A stretch of DNA of 64,000 bases, taken from positions 384,804 to 448,803 of the forward strand of contig OZ219789.1 in assembly GCA_964291285.2 (NCBI GenBank), written 5' to 3'. This stretch comes from Alphaproteobacteria bacterium. Lineage in GTDB: Bacteria > Pseudomonadota > Alphaproteobacteria > Bin95. The notes beneath the pieces are model-generated. The model was not told the DNA's origin. It saw nothing but the letters and a program-made list of their open reading frames with translations, and made no database searches. The position numbers and the translations under genes were made by a program. This document shows positions 40,689-50,381 of the stretch, one piece after another (within the stretch, counting starts at the first letter, position 1; every line of letters begins with the position of its first letter).

Positions 40689-42066
40689 GCAAAAAGAGCG
40701 ATCTCCCCTTTGGCAGCGAGTTTTCGCCCTCGCAGATCGAACTACCGAAGGCGCTGGAGTTTGCGGCTCGGCATGGCGGCAATTGGCGCGCCTTCGAGGA
40801 AACGGTGCGGGAAGCTTGGTTTGAGGAGCACAAGACCAGCGCCTACAACCGCGCCAAACTCGCCAACAACACGAAGCTGGGAATGATCGCCTACGGGATT
40901 ATTGACCGGGATGCAACGCTGACCCCGTTTGGCCAGGAACTCAACGACCTGCGCAATGACGACGATGCGCTGCATGATCGATTGGCTAGGCATATCCTCC
41001 TCAACCTTCATGGAATGACCCTTGTCCAGTGTATTCGCGACATGGTCGCCGCGGGCGAGCAGGTAAACCTGACTACTCTTCGGGAGGGTCTGGCGGCCCG
41101 CGGCATCCATATCCATCAGGCGGCAAGCATCCGAGCATGATGCGCCTGTGGCTTGCGAAGGCTGGCGTCTTCATCGGCAGTCGGTGGCAAATCAATGAAA
41201 ACCGGATCGAAAAAATCCTTGGCATCAACCCGGACGCGTTCGCAGTCTTGGGCAACCTGACCGCCGAGCAGAGAGCCTTCTTGAGGGCTCTTGCGAACAT
41301 GGGATCGGATGAGCCGCAACCCGCGAATGCGGTTGCGAAACTTGCCACGGCAACCTACGGCGTGAAGTTTCCGGAAAAGAGCCTGCCGAAGCTGGTTCTC
41401 AATGATTTGGAGAACGCAGGATATATCACCACCGAAAAGACCACTACTGGACGAGGCGCCAAGCCCTTTCAGGTGTTGCCCACGAAGAAATTGATCGCGG
41501 ATGTGGTTGAACCGCTTCTTGAGCAGCTTCGGGAACAGACCGATCCGAAACTCCTGGCGCTATTGCGAACACCGCTTTCCACAATACTGAGAGAGATGAA
41601 GGGCAAGGATCGATATCGGGCCGGACTTGCGCTTGAAGCGCTCGCCTTCAAGATCATGCGGCTCCTCGACATGACCTATGTTGCGACCCGGTTGCGCGCC
41701 AACCAGACGGGCGGTGCGGAGGTCGACCTGATTTTCGAGAGCGCCCGCCTCGTGTTTTTTCGCTGGCAAATCCAGTGCAAGAACACAGCGCGCGTGTCGC
41801 TGGACGATGTTGCGAAGGAGGTGGGCCTTACCCACTTCCTGAAGAGCAATGTAATTGTCATTGTCACTACCGGCGAAGTGGGCACCGAGGCCCGGCGATA
41901 CGCCAACAGGATCATGGCCGACTCGAATCTTGCGATTGTCATGCTGGACGGCGTGGACCTGGCGGCAATAAGCGAACAGCCGGCAGACATATTGCGGGCA
42001 TTCGAACGTGAAGCACGTCACGCCATGAACCTGAAGAAACTCGATCTCCCGGGAGGCGGACGATGA
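40685..42066 (+). pseudogene. Restriction endonuclease (C-terminal Mrr-like domain) with a 1-nt frameshift near 41110
   Basis: ORF 40685..41140 (...LAARGIH) continues in the frame of 41029..42066 (YPSGGKHPSMMRLWL...GLALEAL...EVDLI...QIQCKN). Confidence 0.78.
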
Positions 42067-43103
42067 CAACCGACAAGCCCCCTTGCGTATTCCATCGAAC
42101 TGCCCTTGGCCGTGTTTACCACGGCGACAGCCTGGAGGTGATGAAGGCCCGGGAACCGGCCTCTGTCGCCCTGGTCATGACGAGCCCCCCGTTCGCACTG
42201 ACCCGCAAGAAGGACTACGGAAACAAGCAGGAAGATGACTATCTCGAATGGTTTCGGGATTTTGCGGAGCAATTTCACCGTATTCTGAAGGATGACGGAA
42301 GCTTGGTAATCGACCTGGGTGGCGCATGGAAGCCGGGCATGCCCGTGCGCAGCCTCTATCACTTCAAACTGCTGATCATGCTGTGTGAAGAATACGGCTT
42401 CCATCTGGCCCAGGAGTTCTACTGGTGGAATCCGTCCAAGCTCCCCACGCTGGCGGAATGGGTCAATGTACGGCGGATCCGGGTCAAGGACGGGGTCAAT
42501 ACCGTGTGGTGGCTGTCCAGGACGCCTTGGCCGCGAGCGAGCAATCGCCGGGTCCTGCAGCCTTACAGCGACAGCATGAAGACCTTGTTGAGCAACGGCT
42601 ACAAACCGATGCTGCGTCCGTCCGGACACGACATCAGCAACAAGTTCTCGATTGACAATGGCGCTGCGATCCCTCCGAATCTGATCGCCATTCCCAATAC
42701 CGAGAGCAACAGCAGTTATCTGCGTTACTGCAAGGCGATCGGGGTCAAGGCGCATCCAGCGCGTTTTCCGGCCGCATTGCCGGAGTATTTCGTCAGGATG
42801 GTCACCAATCCGGGCGATATGGTGCTGGACCCCTTCGCCGGAAGCTGTGTCACAGGCGAGGTCGCCGAACGGCTTGGCCGCAAGTGGGTATGCGCAGAAA
42901 TCGTCGAGTCGTATCTACGCGGCGCCAAGGGGAGATTTGAGCAGACCACTGAGACGACGCAGGCGGTAAGCCCGAAGAAGAACGCCGATGGATATTACCG
43001 CATTCCACACCCTGGGCTGCTTTGGAATGGACGTGCGGATGATGACGAAGAACCGCTTCCAGAGGATGGAGGCCGACGGCGCGCAGCCGCAAATCTATCG
43101 TAG
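42063..43103 (+). CDS. N4/N6 amino DNA methyltransferase, beta class
   Basis: TSPPF (motif IV) precedes HPARFP and LDPFAGS (motif I); ATGA overlap with the REase. Confidence 0.93.
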   Translation: MTTDKPPCVFHRTALGRVYHGDSLEVMKAREPASVALVMTSPPFALTRKKDYGNKQEDDYLEWFRDFAEQFHRILKDDGSLVIDLGGAWKPGMPVRSLYHFKLLIMLCEEYGFHLAQEFYWWNPSKLPTLAEWVNVRRIRVKDGVNTVWWLSRTPWPRASNRRVLQPYSDSMKTLLSNGYKPMLRPSGHDISNKFSIDNGAAIPPNLIAIPNTESNSSYLRYCKAIGVKAHPARFPAALPEYFVRMVTNPGDMVLDPFAGSCVTGEVAERLGRKWVCAEIVESYLRGAKGRFEQTTETTQAVSPKKNADGYYRIPHPGLLWNGRADDDEEPLPEDGGRRRAAANLS

Positions 43104-43263
43104 GTACTTCATGCTTGGGATCCAGGCGGCTTATATTGAGCGATGGGCCACGTTCCCGCATCCGAGGCAATGCCGAACCTGCGAAGCCGCCCCGGCGCCC
43201 TGTTTGCCACCCTGTTCGCGGCCTACCAGAATGGAGAATCGTTATGAGGCAAAAGGCCGCCGG

Positions 43264-44466
43264 TCAGGTGATGAACGGTGCGCCCGGCGCCGGCCCCATG
43301 TCGTCCGCGAGGCTGTCCGCGACGGTGGCGGCGGCGGCCTTCACCGGTTGCCGCGCGAGGTGGGCGTAGCGGGCGGTAGTCTGGATCTGGCTGTGGCCGA
43401 GGAGCCGGGCGATCATCGGCAGGCTCTCTCCGAGCGCGAGCGCCCTGCTGGCGAAGCTGTGGCGAAGGTCGTGAAGCCGCATGTCCTCGAGTCCGGCCTC
43501 GCGGCGGACCACCCCCCACGACGCGTTGAGATTGGCGAGGCGCGTTCCGGGTCCGCGCCCGAAGATGACCCAGGGATTGCCGGGCTGCCGGGGGATGGCG
43601 GTGAGCACCCGTCTCGCCGTCGGCGACAGCGGGACCGCGCGCGCTCCGGTCTTCGCGTCGCGCAACCGGAGCTCGTCGTGTTCGAGGTCGACATCCTCCC
43701 ATTTGAGGGTGAGGATTTCGTTGCGCCGGCAGCCGGTCAGCATCAGCAGGCGGATCGCCGCGGCGGCGCTGGCAAGAACCCGACCCGCACTTTCGAGTTC
43801 GTCGAGCACGGCGCCCAGCCGGTCGTATTCCTGCTCGGACAGGAAGCGCTCGCGGCTTTGCGCCGGATACTTCCTGATGAACCGGCAGGGGTTGCCGCCG
43901 GGCAGCGCGTCGCCCGAGGCCGCGGCCCTCAGGAAGAGCCGCGACAGCAGGGAGACCGTCTGGTTCGCCATGATGGGCGTCTCGCGGAGCCGGTAGTGCA
44001 GCGCGGCGACGTGATCGGGCGTGACCTCGCCGACGCGCAGCGCCCCGAACCGGGGGAGGAGGAACCTGTCGAGGATATGGCGGCAGGATCGCTGCGTGGA
44101 CGGCTTGCAGCGCAGGGCCACATGTTGGGTCATGTAGTCGTCCGCCAGCCCGGCGATCGTCGGTCCGGTGGCGGACGCGGAGTCCGCGCCGGGGCGGCCC
44201 GGCGTCCTGCCCGCCTTGATGTCCGCGATCAGCGCTCCGGCCTCGCGCCGGGCGCGCTCCGTCGACCATGCGCCATGACGGCCGATGGTGACGCGCCGGG
44301 TCTTCCCGCCGGAACGCGCGTGCGCGATATAGACCTTCGACCCGGTCGCATAGACGCGCACGCCGAAGCCGGGCAGATGCTGGTCCCAGTAGACGATCTC
44401 CCGGTCGGCGACGGGAAGCCGGTCGACGGACTGCCTGGAGAGGGTGAGCTTGTTGGTGCTGTGCAT
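43264..44466 (-). CDS. Tyrosine integrase with arm-binding domain (pair 3, gene 2)
   Basis: YWDQHLPGFGVRV; TGCRRNE, DAKTG, LHDLRH, LGH, RYAH. Confidence 0.93.
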   Translation of the reverse strand: MHSTNKLTLSRQSVDRLPVADREIVYWDQHLPGFGVRVYATGSKVYIAHARSGGKTRRVTIGRHGAWSTERARREAGALIADIKAGRTPGRPGADSASATGPTIAGLADDYMTQHVALRCKPSTQRSCRHILDRFLLPRFGALRVGEVTPDHVAALHYRLRETPIMANQTVSLLSRLFLRAAASGDALPGGNPCRFIRKYPAQSRERFLSEQEYDRLGAVLDELESAGRVLASAAAAIRLLMLTGCRRNEILTLKWEDVDLEHDELRLRDAKTGARAVPLSPTARRVLTAIPRQPGNPWVIFGRGPGTRLANLNASWGVVRREAGLEDMRLHDLRHSFASRALALGESLPMIARLLGHSQIQTTARYAHLARQPVKAAAATVADSLADDMGPAPGAPFIT

Positions 44467-44503
44467 GGAGTGTCCTTCCGGAGTATGCGCTGACGCGGAC
44501 GCG

Positions 44504-45679
44504 CTAGCGGCCGTCCGGCGCCATGATCCTGGCGCCGATGTCGGCGGCGACCCGGGCCGAGGACACCCGCACCGAGTCCCGCGCGAGATGGGCGTAACGC
44601 GCGGTGGTGCTCACCTTGCGGTGGCCGAGCAGGTCGCCGATCATCGCCAGGCCCTCGCCCAGCGCGAGCGCCCTGGAAGCGAAGGTATGGCGCAAGTCGT
44701 GCAGGCGGACGCCTTCGAGACCGGCGTCCTTGCGGATGCACTCCCAGGAGTCGTTGAGGTTGACCAGGTGCGCGCCCTTCTTCCTGCCGGGGAAGACCCA
44801 GGGATTGCCGGGCGTACGGGGAAGGCCGGTGAACACCGCGGCCACCCTTGCCGGCATCGGGACCATCCGCGCGCCGGTCTTGGAGTCGCGCAGCCGTATC
44901 TCGCCGGTGTCGAAGTTGAGGTCGTCCCACCGCAGGCCGAGGATCTCGTTGCGCCGGCATCCGGTCAGCACGAGAAGGTAGATGGCGGCCGCCGCATGGG
45001 GGGACGCCCGGCGCCCGGCGGGCGCGGCCCTGAGCGCCTCGCCGAGCCGGGAGAGTTCCTCGCGGGTGAGGAAGCGCTCGTGCTTCTCGACCCTGAAACG
45101 GGGCACGCTCCGGGCCGGGTTGCGCCCCGAGGGACACCAGCCCCACTCGTCGGCCAGATTGAACATCTTGACCAGAATGTCGGCCGCCCGGTTGGCGACG
45201 GTGGGTCTGTGATGCAGCGCGTCGTGGAAGCGCAGGATGTCCTTGTGCCCGACCTCGGCGACGAGACGCCCGCCGAGGGCGGGTACGATGTGCTTGCGCA
45301 GCATGATCCGGTAGTGGGAGACGGTGGCCGGCTTGCAGTGCATCTCGACATGTTCGCGGAAGTAGCGGTCCGCGAGGTCGGCGACGGTGGGATCGTTGGC
45401 CGGGTCCTGCGGGGGCTGCCCCGTCTTGATGCGGACGATGACCTCGGCGGCCTCCTTGCGGGCCCGGTCGGCGGAGAGCGGGTTGCCGTGCTCGCCGAGG
45501 GTCACGCGCCTGGAACGGCCGAAGGCTCGCGTCTGGACGACGAAGACCTTCTTGCCGCTCGCGTAGACGCGCAGGCCGAAACCGGGCAACTCGCGGTCCC
45601 AGTAGACGGTGTCCCTGCCATCGGCGGGAAGACTGTCGACGATACGCTTGGAGAGGGTGCGGTACTGGCGTTGCGTCAT
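44504..45679 (-). CDS. Tyrosine integrase with arm-binding domain (pair 3, gene 1)
   Basis: GGAG RBS, ATG 45679; YWDRELPGFGLRV; TGCRRNE, DSKTG, LHDLRH, LGH, RYAH. Confidence 0.93.
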   Translation of the reverse strand: MTQRQYRTLSKRIVDSLPADGRDTVYWDRELPGFGLRVYASGKKVFVVQTRAFGRSRRVTLGEHGNPLSADRARKEAAEVIVRIKTGQPPQDPANDPTVADLADRYFREHVEMHCKPATVSHYRIMLRKHIVPALGGRLVAEVGHKDILRFHDALHHRPTVANRAADILVKMFNLADEWGWCPSGRNPARSVPRFRVEKHERFLTREELSRLGEALRAAPAGRRASPHAAAAIYLLVLTGCRRNEILGLRWDDLNFDTGEIRLRDSKTGARMVPMPARVAAVFTGLPRTPGNPWVFPGRKKGAHLVNLNDSWECIRKDAGLEGVRLHDLRHTFASRALALGEGLAMIGDLLGHRKVSTTARYAHLARDSVRVSSARVAADIGARIMAPDGR

Positions 45680-45845
45680 GGCGTCCTGCTCCGGAGACGA
45701 GGGCGTTCGGTCATGGCGACGACGAAGACGACGATGCCGGCTCCGCGTTGCGGCAGGTCCGAATTCGGTCTGCGCCATCGCTCCCTCCGTCACGGCCTCG
45801 CCGAACCGGAGTAATGCTTCCGTTATCGGGTGATGGATTGAGATT

Positions 45846-46727
45846 TCAGCGATTGAGGGTTTGTTTCCAGTCTCGTTTCAGCGGGCGCAGCCAGATGTCC
45901 TTTCTGGGTTCGGCGCGCCTCATGAGGGTGTCGTAGCGGCCGCGTCCCTGAGTGGTCCCGACGCGGGTCCAGCCCGACGCCTTGTAGACGGCGCCGGAGT
46001 AGCGGGGCGTTTCGACGAAGGTCTCGATGAGCACGGGCGTGATGTTGTAGCGCTCGGTCCAGTCGGTGGGCAGGCGCCGTCGCACGATGGCGAGGATGTG
46101 CGAGCCGAGATTGGGGATCTCGACCCACGGCAATATCAGGAAGCGCGGGTTGTCGACCACCAGCGGCAGGTTCTTTTCGCGCATCTCGGGCGACCATCCG
46201 ATGAAGCTGTCGCGCGAGGCGAGCTTCCATGCGGCGGTGGAGAAGCCGAGCATGGCCAGCGGCCAGCCGTTCCGGTCATGGACGGCGTAGCGCATCTGGG
46301 CGCCGACCAGGGGCTTGTATCCGAGATAGTGGTAGCGGGCGACGAACTCGTTCCAGAGCTTGCCATCGCGGGTGTCGCGCACGACCGTGCGGAAGTCGAG
46401 GGGGCGAACCTCGTCGAGGGTCGTCGGCGCCGGGAACAGCGGCGGCTCGGTGTCGGGCCCGAAGACGATGGGCCTGGGCCGGCCCTGTTTTCCCCTCGGC
46501 GGCGGCAGGACGATCACGCCGTCGCGGTGCATGGCGAGCATGGTCACCTTGGCCATCATGTCCTTGAGGCCGCCGTCGGGCTTGAACCACTCGATACGCC
46601 GGCAGAACTCTCTGGACAGGGCGGCGCGGGTCGGCTGCGGGTTGGCGGCGATCAGGGCGCGCAGCAACGCCATCTCGTCGGCGGTGAAGTCGCGCCCGTA
46701 GTAGCGGCACTCGACGGCGCCGGTCAT
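45846..46727 (-). CDS. DUF4338 (DruA-like) protein
   Basis: ATG 46727 overlapping the tnpC stop; RYYGRDF...LWNEFVARYHYLGY...GAQMRY...RDSFIGWS...NPRFLILPW...LIETFVE...YKASGW..VGTTQGRGR. Confidence 0.85.
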   Translation of the reverse strand: MTGAVECRYYGRDFTADEMALLRALIAANPQPTRAALSREFCRRIEWFKPDGGLKDMMAKVTMLAMHRDGVIVLPPPRGKQGRPRPIVFGPDTEPPLFPAPTTLDEVRPLDFRTVVRDTRDGKLWNEFVARYHYLGYKPLVGAQMRYAVHDRNGWPLAMLGFSTAAWKLASRDSFIGWSPEMREKNLPLVVDNPRFLILPWVEIPNLGSHILAIVRRRLPTDWTERYNITPVLIETFVETPRYSGAVYKASGWTRVGTTQGRGRYDTLMRRAEPRKDIWLRPLKRDWKQTLNR

Positions 46728-49240
46728 TCCTGCGCCGTGAACTTGCGCCTGCGCGCCTCGCTCATCGTCCAGGGCAGCCACGGGGACAGGTCTTCCGGCG
46801 GTTTGCCGCCGTCCTTCGCGCAGGCTTCGAGCCATGCCTCCAGCCAGCGCAGGACATTGATGCCGTTGATCGAGAGCGTACCCACGACCGAGTACATGAT
46901 CGCGGTGAACTTCGCGCCGTCCTCGCTGTTGGAACCGAAGCTCGCCCGGCGTCCGATGACCGGCCCGCGGAGCACGCGTTCGGCGAGATTGTTGTCCATC
47001 GGAACCTGGGGATTGTCGACGAAGACGCACAACCCTTCGCGATGCTTGAGCAGCGAGCGCAGGGCCTTTGCCTTGCGCGCTTTTTCCGGCAGGCCGGCCA
47101 ACTCCGCCACGGCGTCCGCGAACAGGCGCTCGACCACCTTCTTCAACTTGTCCTGCGCCGCGTCGAAGGCCGGCGTCTGGCGTTCGAGAGCGCGAGCGGG
47201 GTCGTAATGCTTCAGCCTTTCGTCGTTCAGGCGGTAGATCTCCCCGATCCGCTCGATCCATCCCTCGCACCAGCGGGCCAGCCGCGCATGGCCGGCGGCG
47301 CCCTCGACGAAGTCGCGCCTCTGATGCGCCCAACAGAAGCAGAGGATCGCCTTGCCGTCGAGTTCGCGCGCCAGCTTCCTGTAGGCGCTGTAGCGGTCGC
47401 AGACCACGAACACGGTGCAATCGGTGTCGCCGAACAGGGTCTTCGCGACCTCGGCGCTGCGCGAGGGATCGATAAGGAAGTAGACCGCGTCCTTGCTGAC
47501 CGAAGTCCACAGCCAGGCGCGGCTCGACCGGCCGTTGCGGCGGAACTCCTGCACCCGCCAGCCGGTCTCGTCGGCATGGCGCACCGTTGTCCGGTTCTGA
47601 TGCGCGAGGATCGCCTTGTGGATCGGGTCGAACAGCGGCACGAAGCGCTTCAGGCTGTTGGCCAGCGTGCCCGCCGAGACCGGCAGGCCCTGGTCGGCAT
47701 ACCACGCTGCGACCCGGCTCAGCGGGCGCAGGCACGCACAGTGCTCGAACAGGAACCGTGCCCAGAAGCCGGTTCCGTAGAGCGTTCCGGGGAACAGCCG
47801 CGCCACCGGCGGCGCGGTCGCCTCCAGCGGCGACGACACACACTCGCAACCCCGGCGCCAGCGCGGCCGCTCGATCCTGCGGATGTGAGCCTTGACCTCG
47901 ATCTCGATGAGGCTCGTGGAACGCTCGCCGTTGGCGACATAGGGCTTGCCGCAGCAGGAACAGAGGCGCGCATCCTTGGGCGGGTTGCGCCGTTCCTTCT
48001 TCTCCCGGAGACCGGGCCGCCTGGTACGGCCGTGGCCCGGCGCGCCGGGCTGCTGGCCGCGCTTGCGCCCCGTGCCGGCTTTCTTCTGCTTCTCGCTCCT
48101 GCTGCCGAACAGCGCCTTCGACAGAACGCTGCGGGTCGAGCGCAGCTTCTCGACCTGGGCTTCCAGCGTCTCGGCGCGCGAGGCCAGCGCTGTCCTCTCG
48201 GCCCGCAACTCCCGCACCTCGGTGCGCAGTCGGGCGTTGCGCCGGCGCACCGATTCGATGACGTCCTTCGCCCGCACGGTCGCCTTGCGATGCTGGACAA
48301 GCCGCTTGCTCAGGGGCCCGACGACGGCCTGTTGGCGTTCCCACGACCGCGCACGATACGAACGCTCCCGCGCAATCTCCCGGTGCAGACGGTCGGTCTC
48401 GTCGCGATGCCGGGCTTCGAGCCGCTGCCGATATTCCAGGGATTTTCCGATCGACCAGTGAAGATCGGCGTTCTCGCTGTCGAGCCATTTGCACCGGCTC
48501 TCCAAGGCCCTCGCCGTCTTCTGCAGGGCGGCATTCTCCGCGCGCAACGCCTTGATCGCGTCCGCCAGGACCGTCGACGCCGACGCCTCCTCGCCGAGCG
48601 CCGCGACCTCCATGCCGAGCCGCGCGACTTCCTTGTCCAGTCGTGCTGTTGCCTTGTGCGCCTCGCGCAGTTCCGTGCGCAGCGCCTCGATCATGTCCTC
48701 CTGCCGGTCCGTCCGCTCCAGGGCTTTGCTCAACCTGGCGCCTTCCCTCGACAGGGACGCCTGCGCCGCCCGTTCCGACTTCCGCAGCGCCGATATCTCC
48801 CCGCGCAAGGACGCGATCTTGTCCTTCTGCTCCTGCGCTCGCTCCAGCGCCTTGTGCAGCCGGGCGTTCTCCCTCCGCAGTCGTCCGTTCGCGCCCTTTC
48901 TCGAATCGACGCCGGCTTCCGCAAGCAGCTTCTCCAGCCGCGCCACCTCCGCCTGATGGAACAGTGCATCCTTCGCCGCACGGCGAATACGCGCCGTCTC
49001 CTCGACGGCCGCCTTCAGCCTGGTCCGGCTCCTGTCGAGCTGCCACTTCAGAGAACCCGCCCGGGAACGCGCGGCCCTCTCCGTCCGGAGCAACTCCTTG
49101 ATACGCGCTTCCGCCGCTTCCGCCCGCGCCCGCCAGTCGCGCAGCTCGCTCGGCACCGCCGACATCGGAGGCGACCAGATCGCCTCCTCCCCCTCCGGCA
49201 GCGCCAGCGCTGTCCCGAAATCCCCGTCGCGCATCGCCAT
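46724..49240 (-). CDS. tnpC: IS66 TnpC transposase with very long N-terminal coiled coil
   Basis: LFGSRSEK, CSCCG..GCEC Zn ribbon, HADETGW, CDRYSAY, CWAHQRRDF, DNNLAERVLR. Confidence 0.93.
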   Translation of the reverse strand: MAMRDGDFGTALALPEGEEAIWSPPMSAVPSELRDWRARAEAAEARIKELLRTERAARSRAGSLKWQLDRSRTRLKAAVEETARIRRAAKDALFHQAEVARLEKLLAEAGVDSRKGANGRLRRENARLHKALERAQEQKDKIASLRGEISALRKSERAAQASLSREGARLSKALERTDRQEDMIEALRTELREAHKATARLDKEVARLGMEVAALGEEASASTVLADAIKALRAENAALQKTARALESRCKWLDSENADLHWSIGKSLEYRQRLEARHRDETDRLHREIARERSYRARSWERQQAVVGPLSKRLVQHRKATVRAKDVIESVRRRNARLRTEVRELRAERTALASRAETLEAQVEKLRSTRSVLSKALFGSRSEKQKKAGTGRKRGQQPGAPGHGRTRRPGLREKKERRNPPKDARLCSCCGKPYVANGERSTSLIEIEVKAHIRRIERPRWRRGCECVSSPLEATAPPVARLFPGTLYGTGFWARFLFEHCACLRPLSRVAAWYADQGLPVSAGTLANSLKRFVPLFDPIHKAILAHQNRTTVRHADETGWRVQEFRRNGRSSRAWLWTSVSKDAVYFLIDPSRSAEVAKTLFGDTDCTVFVVCDRYSAYRKLARELDGKAILCFCWAHQRRDFVEGAAGHARLARWCEGWIERIGEIYRLNDERLKHYDPARALERQTPAFDAAQDKLKKVVERLFADAVAELAGLPEKARKAKALRSLLKHREGLCVFVDNPQVPMDNNLAERVLRGPVIGRRASFGSNSEDGAKFTAIMYSVVGTLSINGINVLRWLEAWLEACAKDGGKPPEDLSPWLPWTMSEARRRKFTAQE

Positions 49241-49668
49241 GCGCGCGACAATAGCGAATCGTCAAAGGCGTTACCAGAAGCCTTTGCACGGCCGCTACGA
49301 CACCCTCATGAGGCGCGCCGAACCCAGAAAGGACATCTGGCTGCGCCCGCTGAAACGAGACTGGAAACAAACCCTCAATCGCTGAAATCTCAATCCATCA
49401 CCCGATAACGGAAGCATTACGAACCGGATTCGACGGATGCGTCCTGCGGCGGAACGGGTCGATTTTCTCGTAAGCGCAGCGGGAATGCGCGCGTGCGAAA
49501 CGGGTCGTAAGCACTCGCTCTCTTGTCTCGTTTGGCGACTGTAGGTTCCATGGCCGCAATCTAGCGGACTGAAATAATCTTGTCAATGCAACCGCTTATG
49601 TCACACATGCCTCGAATGGAAGGGCCTGGCAGGGATGCCGAGGTAGGTGCGTCTCGGAAAGTTATTTA

Positions 49669-50079
49669 TTGGACACCAATGTCGTCAGCGAGACGGTCAG
49701 GCCAAGGCCAAGACGATCCGTGCTGGACTGGATCGAGGCCCGGAGCCCGTCTGATCTCTTCCTGGCCGCCCAGACCATCGGGGAACTTGTCCGGGGCGCC
49801 AGGAAGGTCAGGGAACAGGAACGCCGCGAACGGTTCGAGAGGTGGATCGGGCAGGACCTGGTCCGGCAGTTCGAGGGTCGGATCCTGCCGTTCGACGCCG
49901 GCACGGCCGCCATATGGGGACGTCTGATGGGCGACGGCGACCGCACCGGGCTCCGCCCGGCCGCGGCCGACGCCCAGATCGCCGCGGTGGCTATTCAGCA
50001 CGGCCTGACCGTCGTGACGAGGAACGTCCGGGATTTTGCCCGGTTCGATGTTCAGGTGTTCGATCCATGGAACCCGTGA
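49669..50079 (+). CDS. Orphan PIN/VapC (FitB-like) toxin, start uncertain
   Basis: YLLDTNVVSE...TIGEL...DAQIAAVA...VVTRNVRDF; no in-frame ATG/GTG upstream and no antitoxin gene. Confidence 0.75.
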   Translation: MDTNVVSETVRPRPRRSVLDWIEARSPSDLFLAAQTIGELVRGARKVREQERRERFERWIGQDLVRQFEGRILPFDAGTAAIWGRLMGDGDRTGLRPAAADAQIAAVAIQHGLTVVTRNVRDFARFDVQVFDPWNP

Positions 50080-50118
50080 TCGGGAGGATGCGCCGGATGG
50101 CAGCGAAGGAGGATCCCG

Positions 50119-50370
50119 ATGAATGCGCCTCCCCCGAAGCCGCCCGTCCCGGACGGGACACTGCCGGGCGTCTGGCGGCCTGGAGACGCTGCGATGGCTC
50201 CTGACGCCCTGCGCATGCTCGCCCGGCAGCTTCGCCGCGACCCCAACCCGGACGCGATCGAGGACGCCGCCTGCGCGCTGGAGGCGGTCGCCATCGGGCA
50301 GGAGCGGCAGGCGCGCGGCCCGACCCGGTCGCGCACTTTCCGGCCGGCGTCCTCGCACAGCACCGCCTGA
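50119..50370 (+). CDS. Hypothetical protein, 83 aa
   Basis: AAGGAGG RBS before ATG 50119. Confidence 0.4.
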   Translation: MNAPPPKPPVPDGTLPGVWRPGDAAMAPDALRMLARQLRRDPNPDAIEDAACALEAVAIGQERQARGPTRSRTFRPASSHSTA

Positions 50371-50381
50371 AGCAACCAGGC

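Larger units (their letters stand above)
45811..49420 (-). mobile_element. IS66-family derivative with 132-bp perfect terminal IRs and 8-bp TSD
   Basis: Ends GTAA.../...TTAC; 45811-45942 is the reverse complement of 49289-49420; GAACCGGA at 45803-45810 and 49421-49428. Confidence 0.92.

Noticed and set aside
45846-49370. 1174-aa ORF suggesting a large fusion or a Druantia system
   Set aside because: Only the last 293 aa are DUF4338; the rest overlaps tnpC off-frame, and no DruE or other Dru genes are present.
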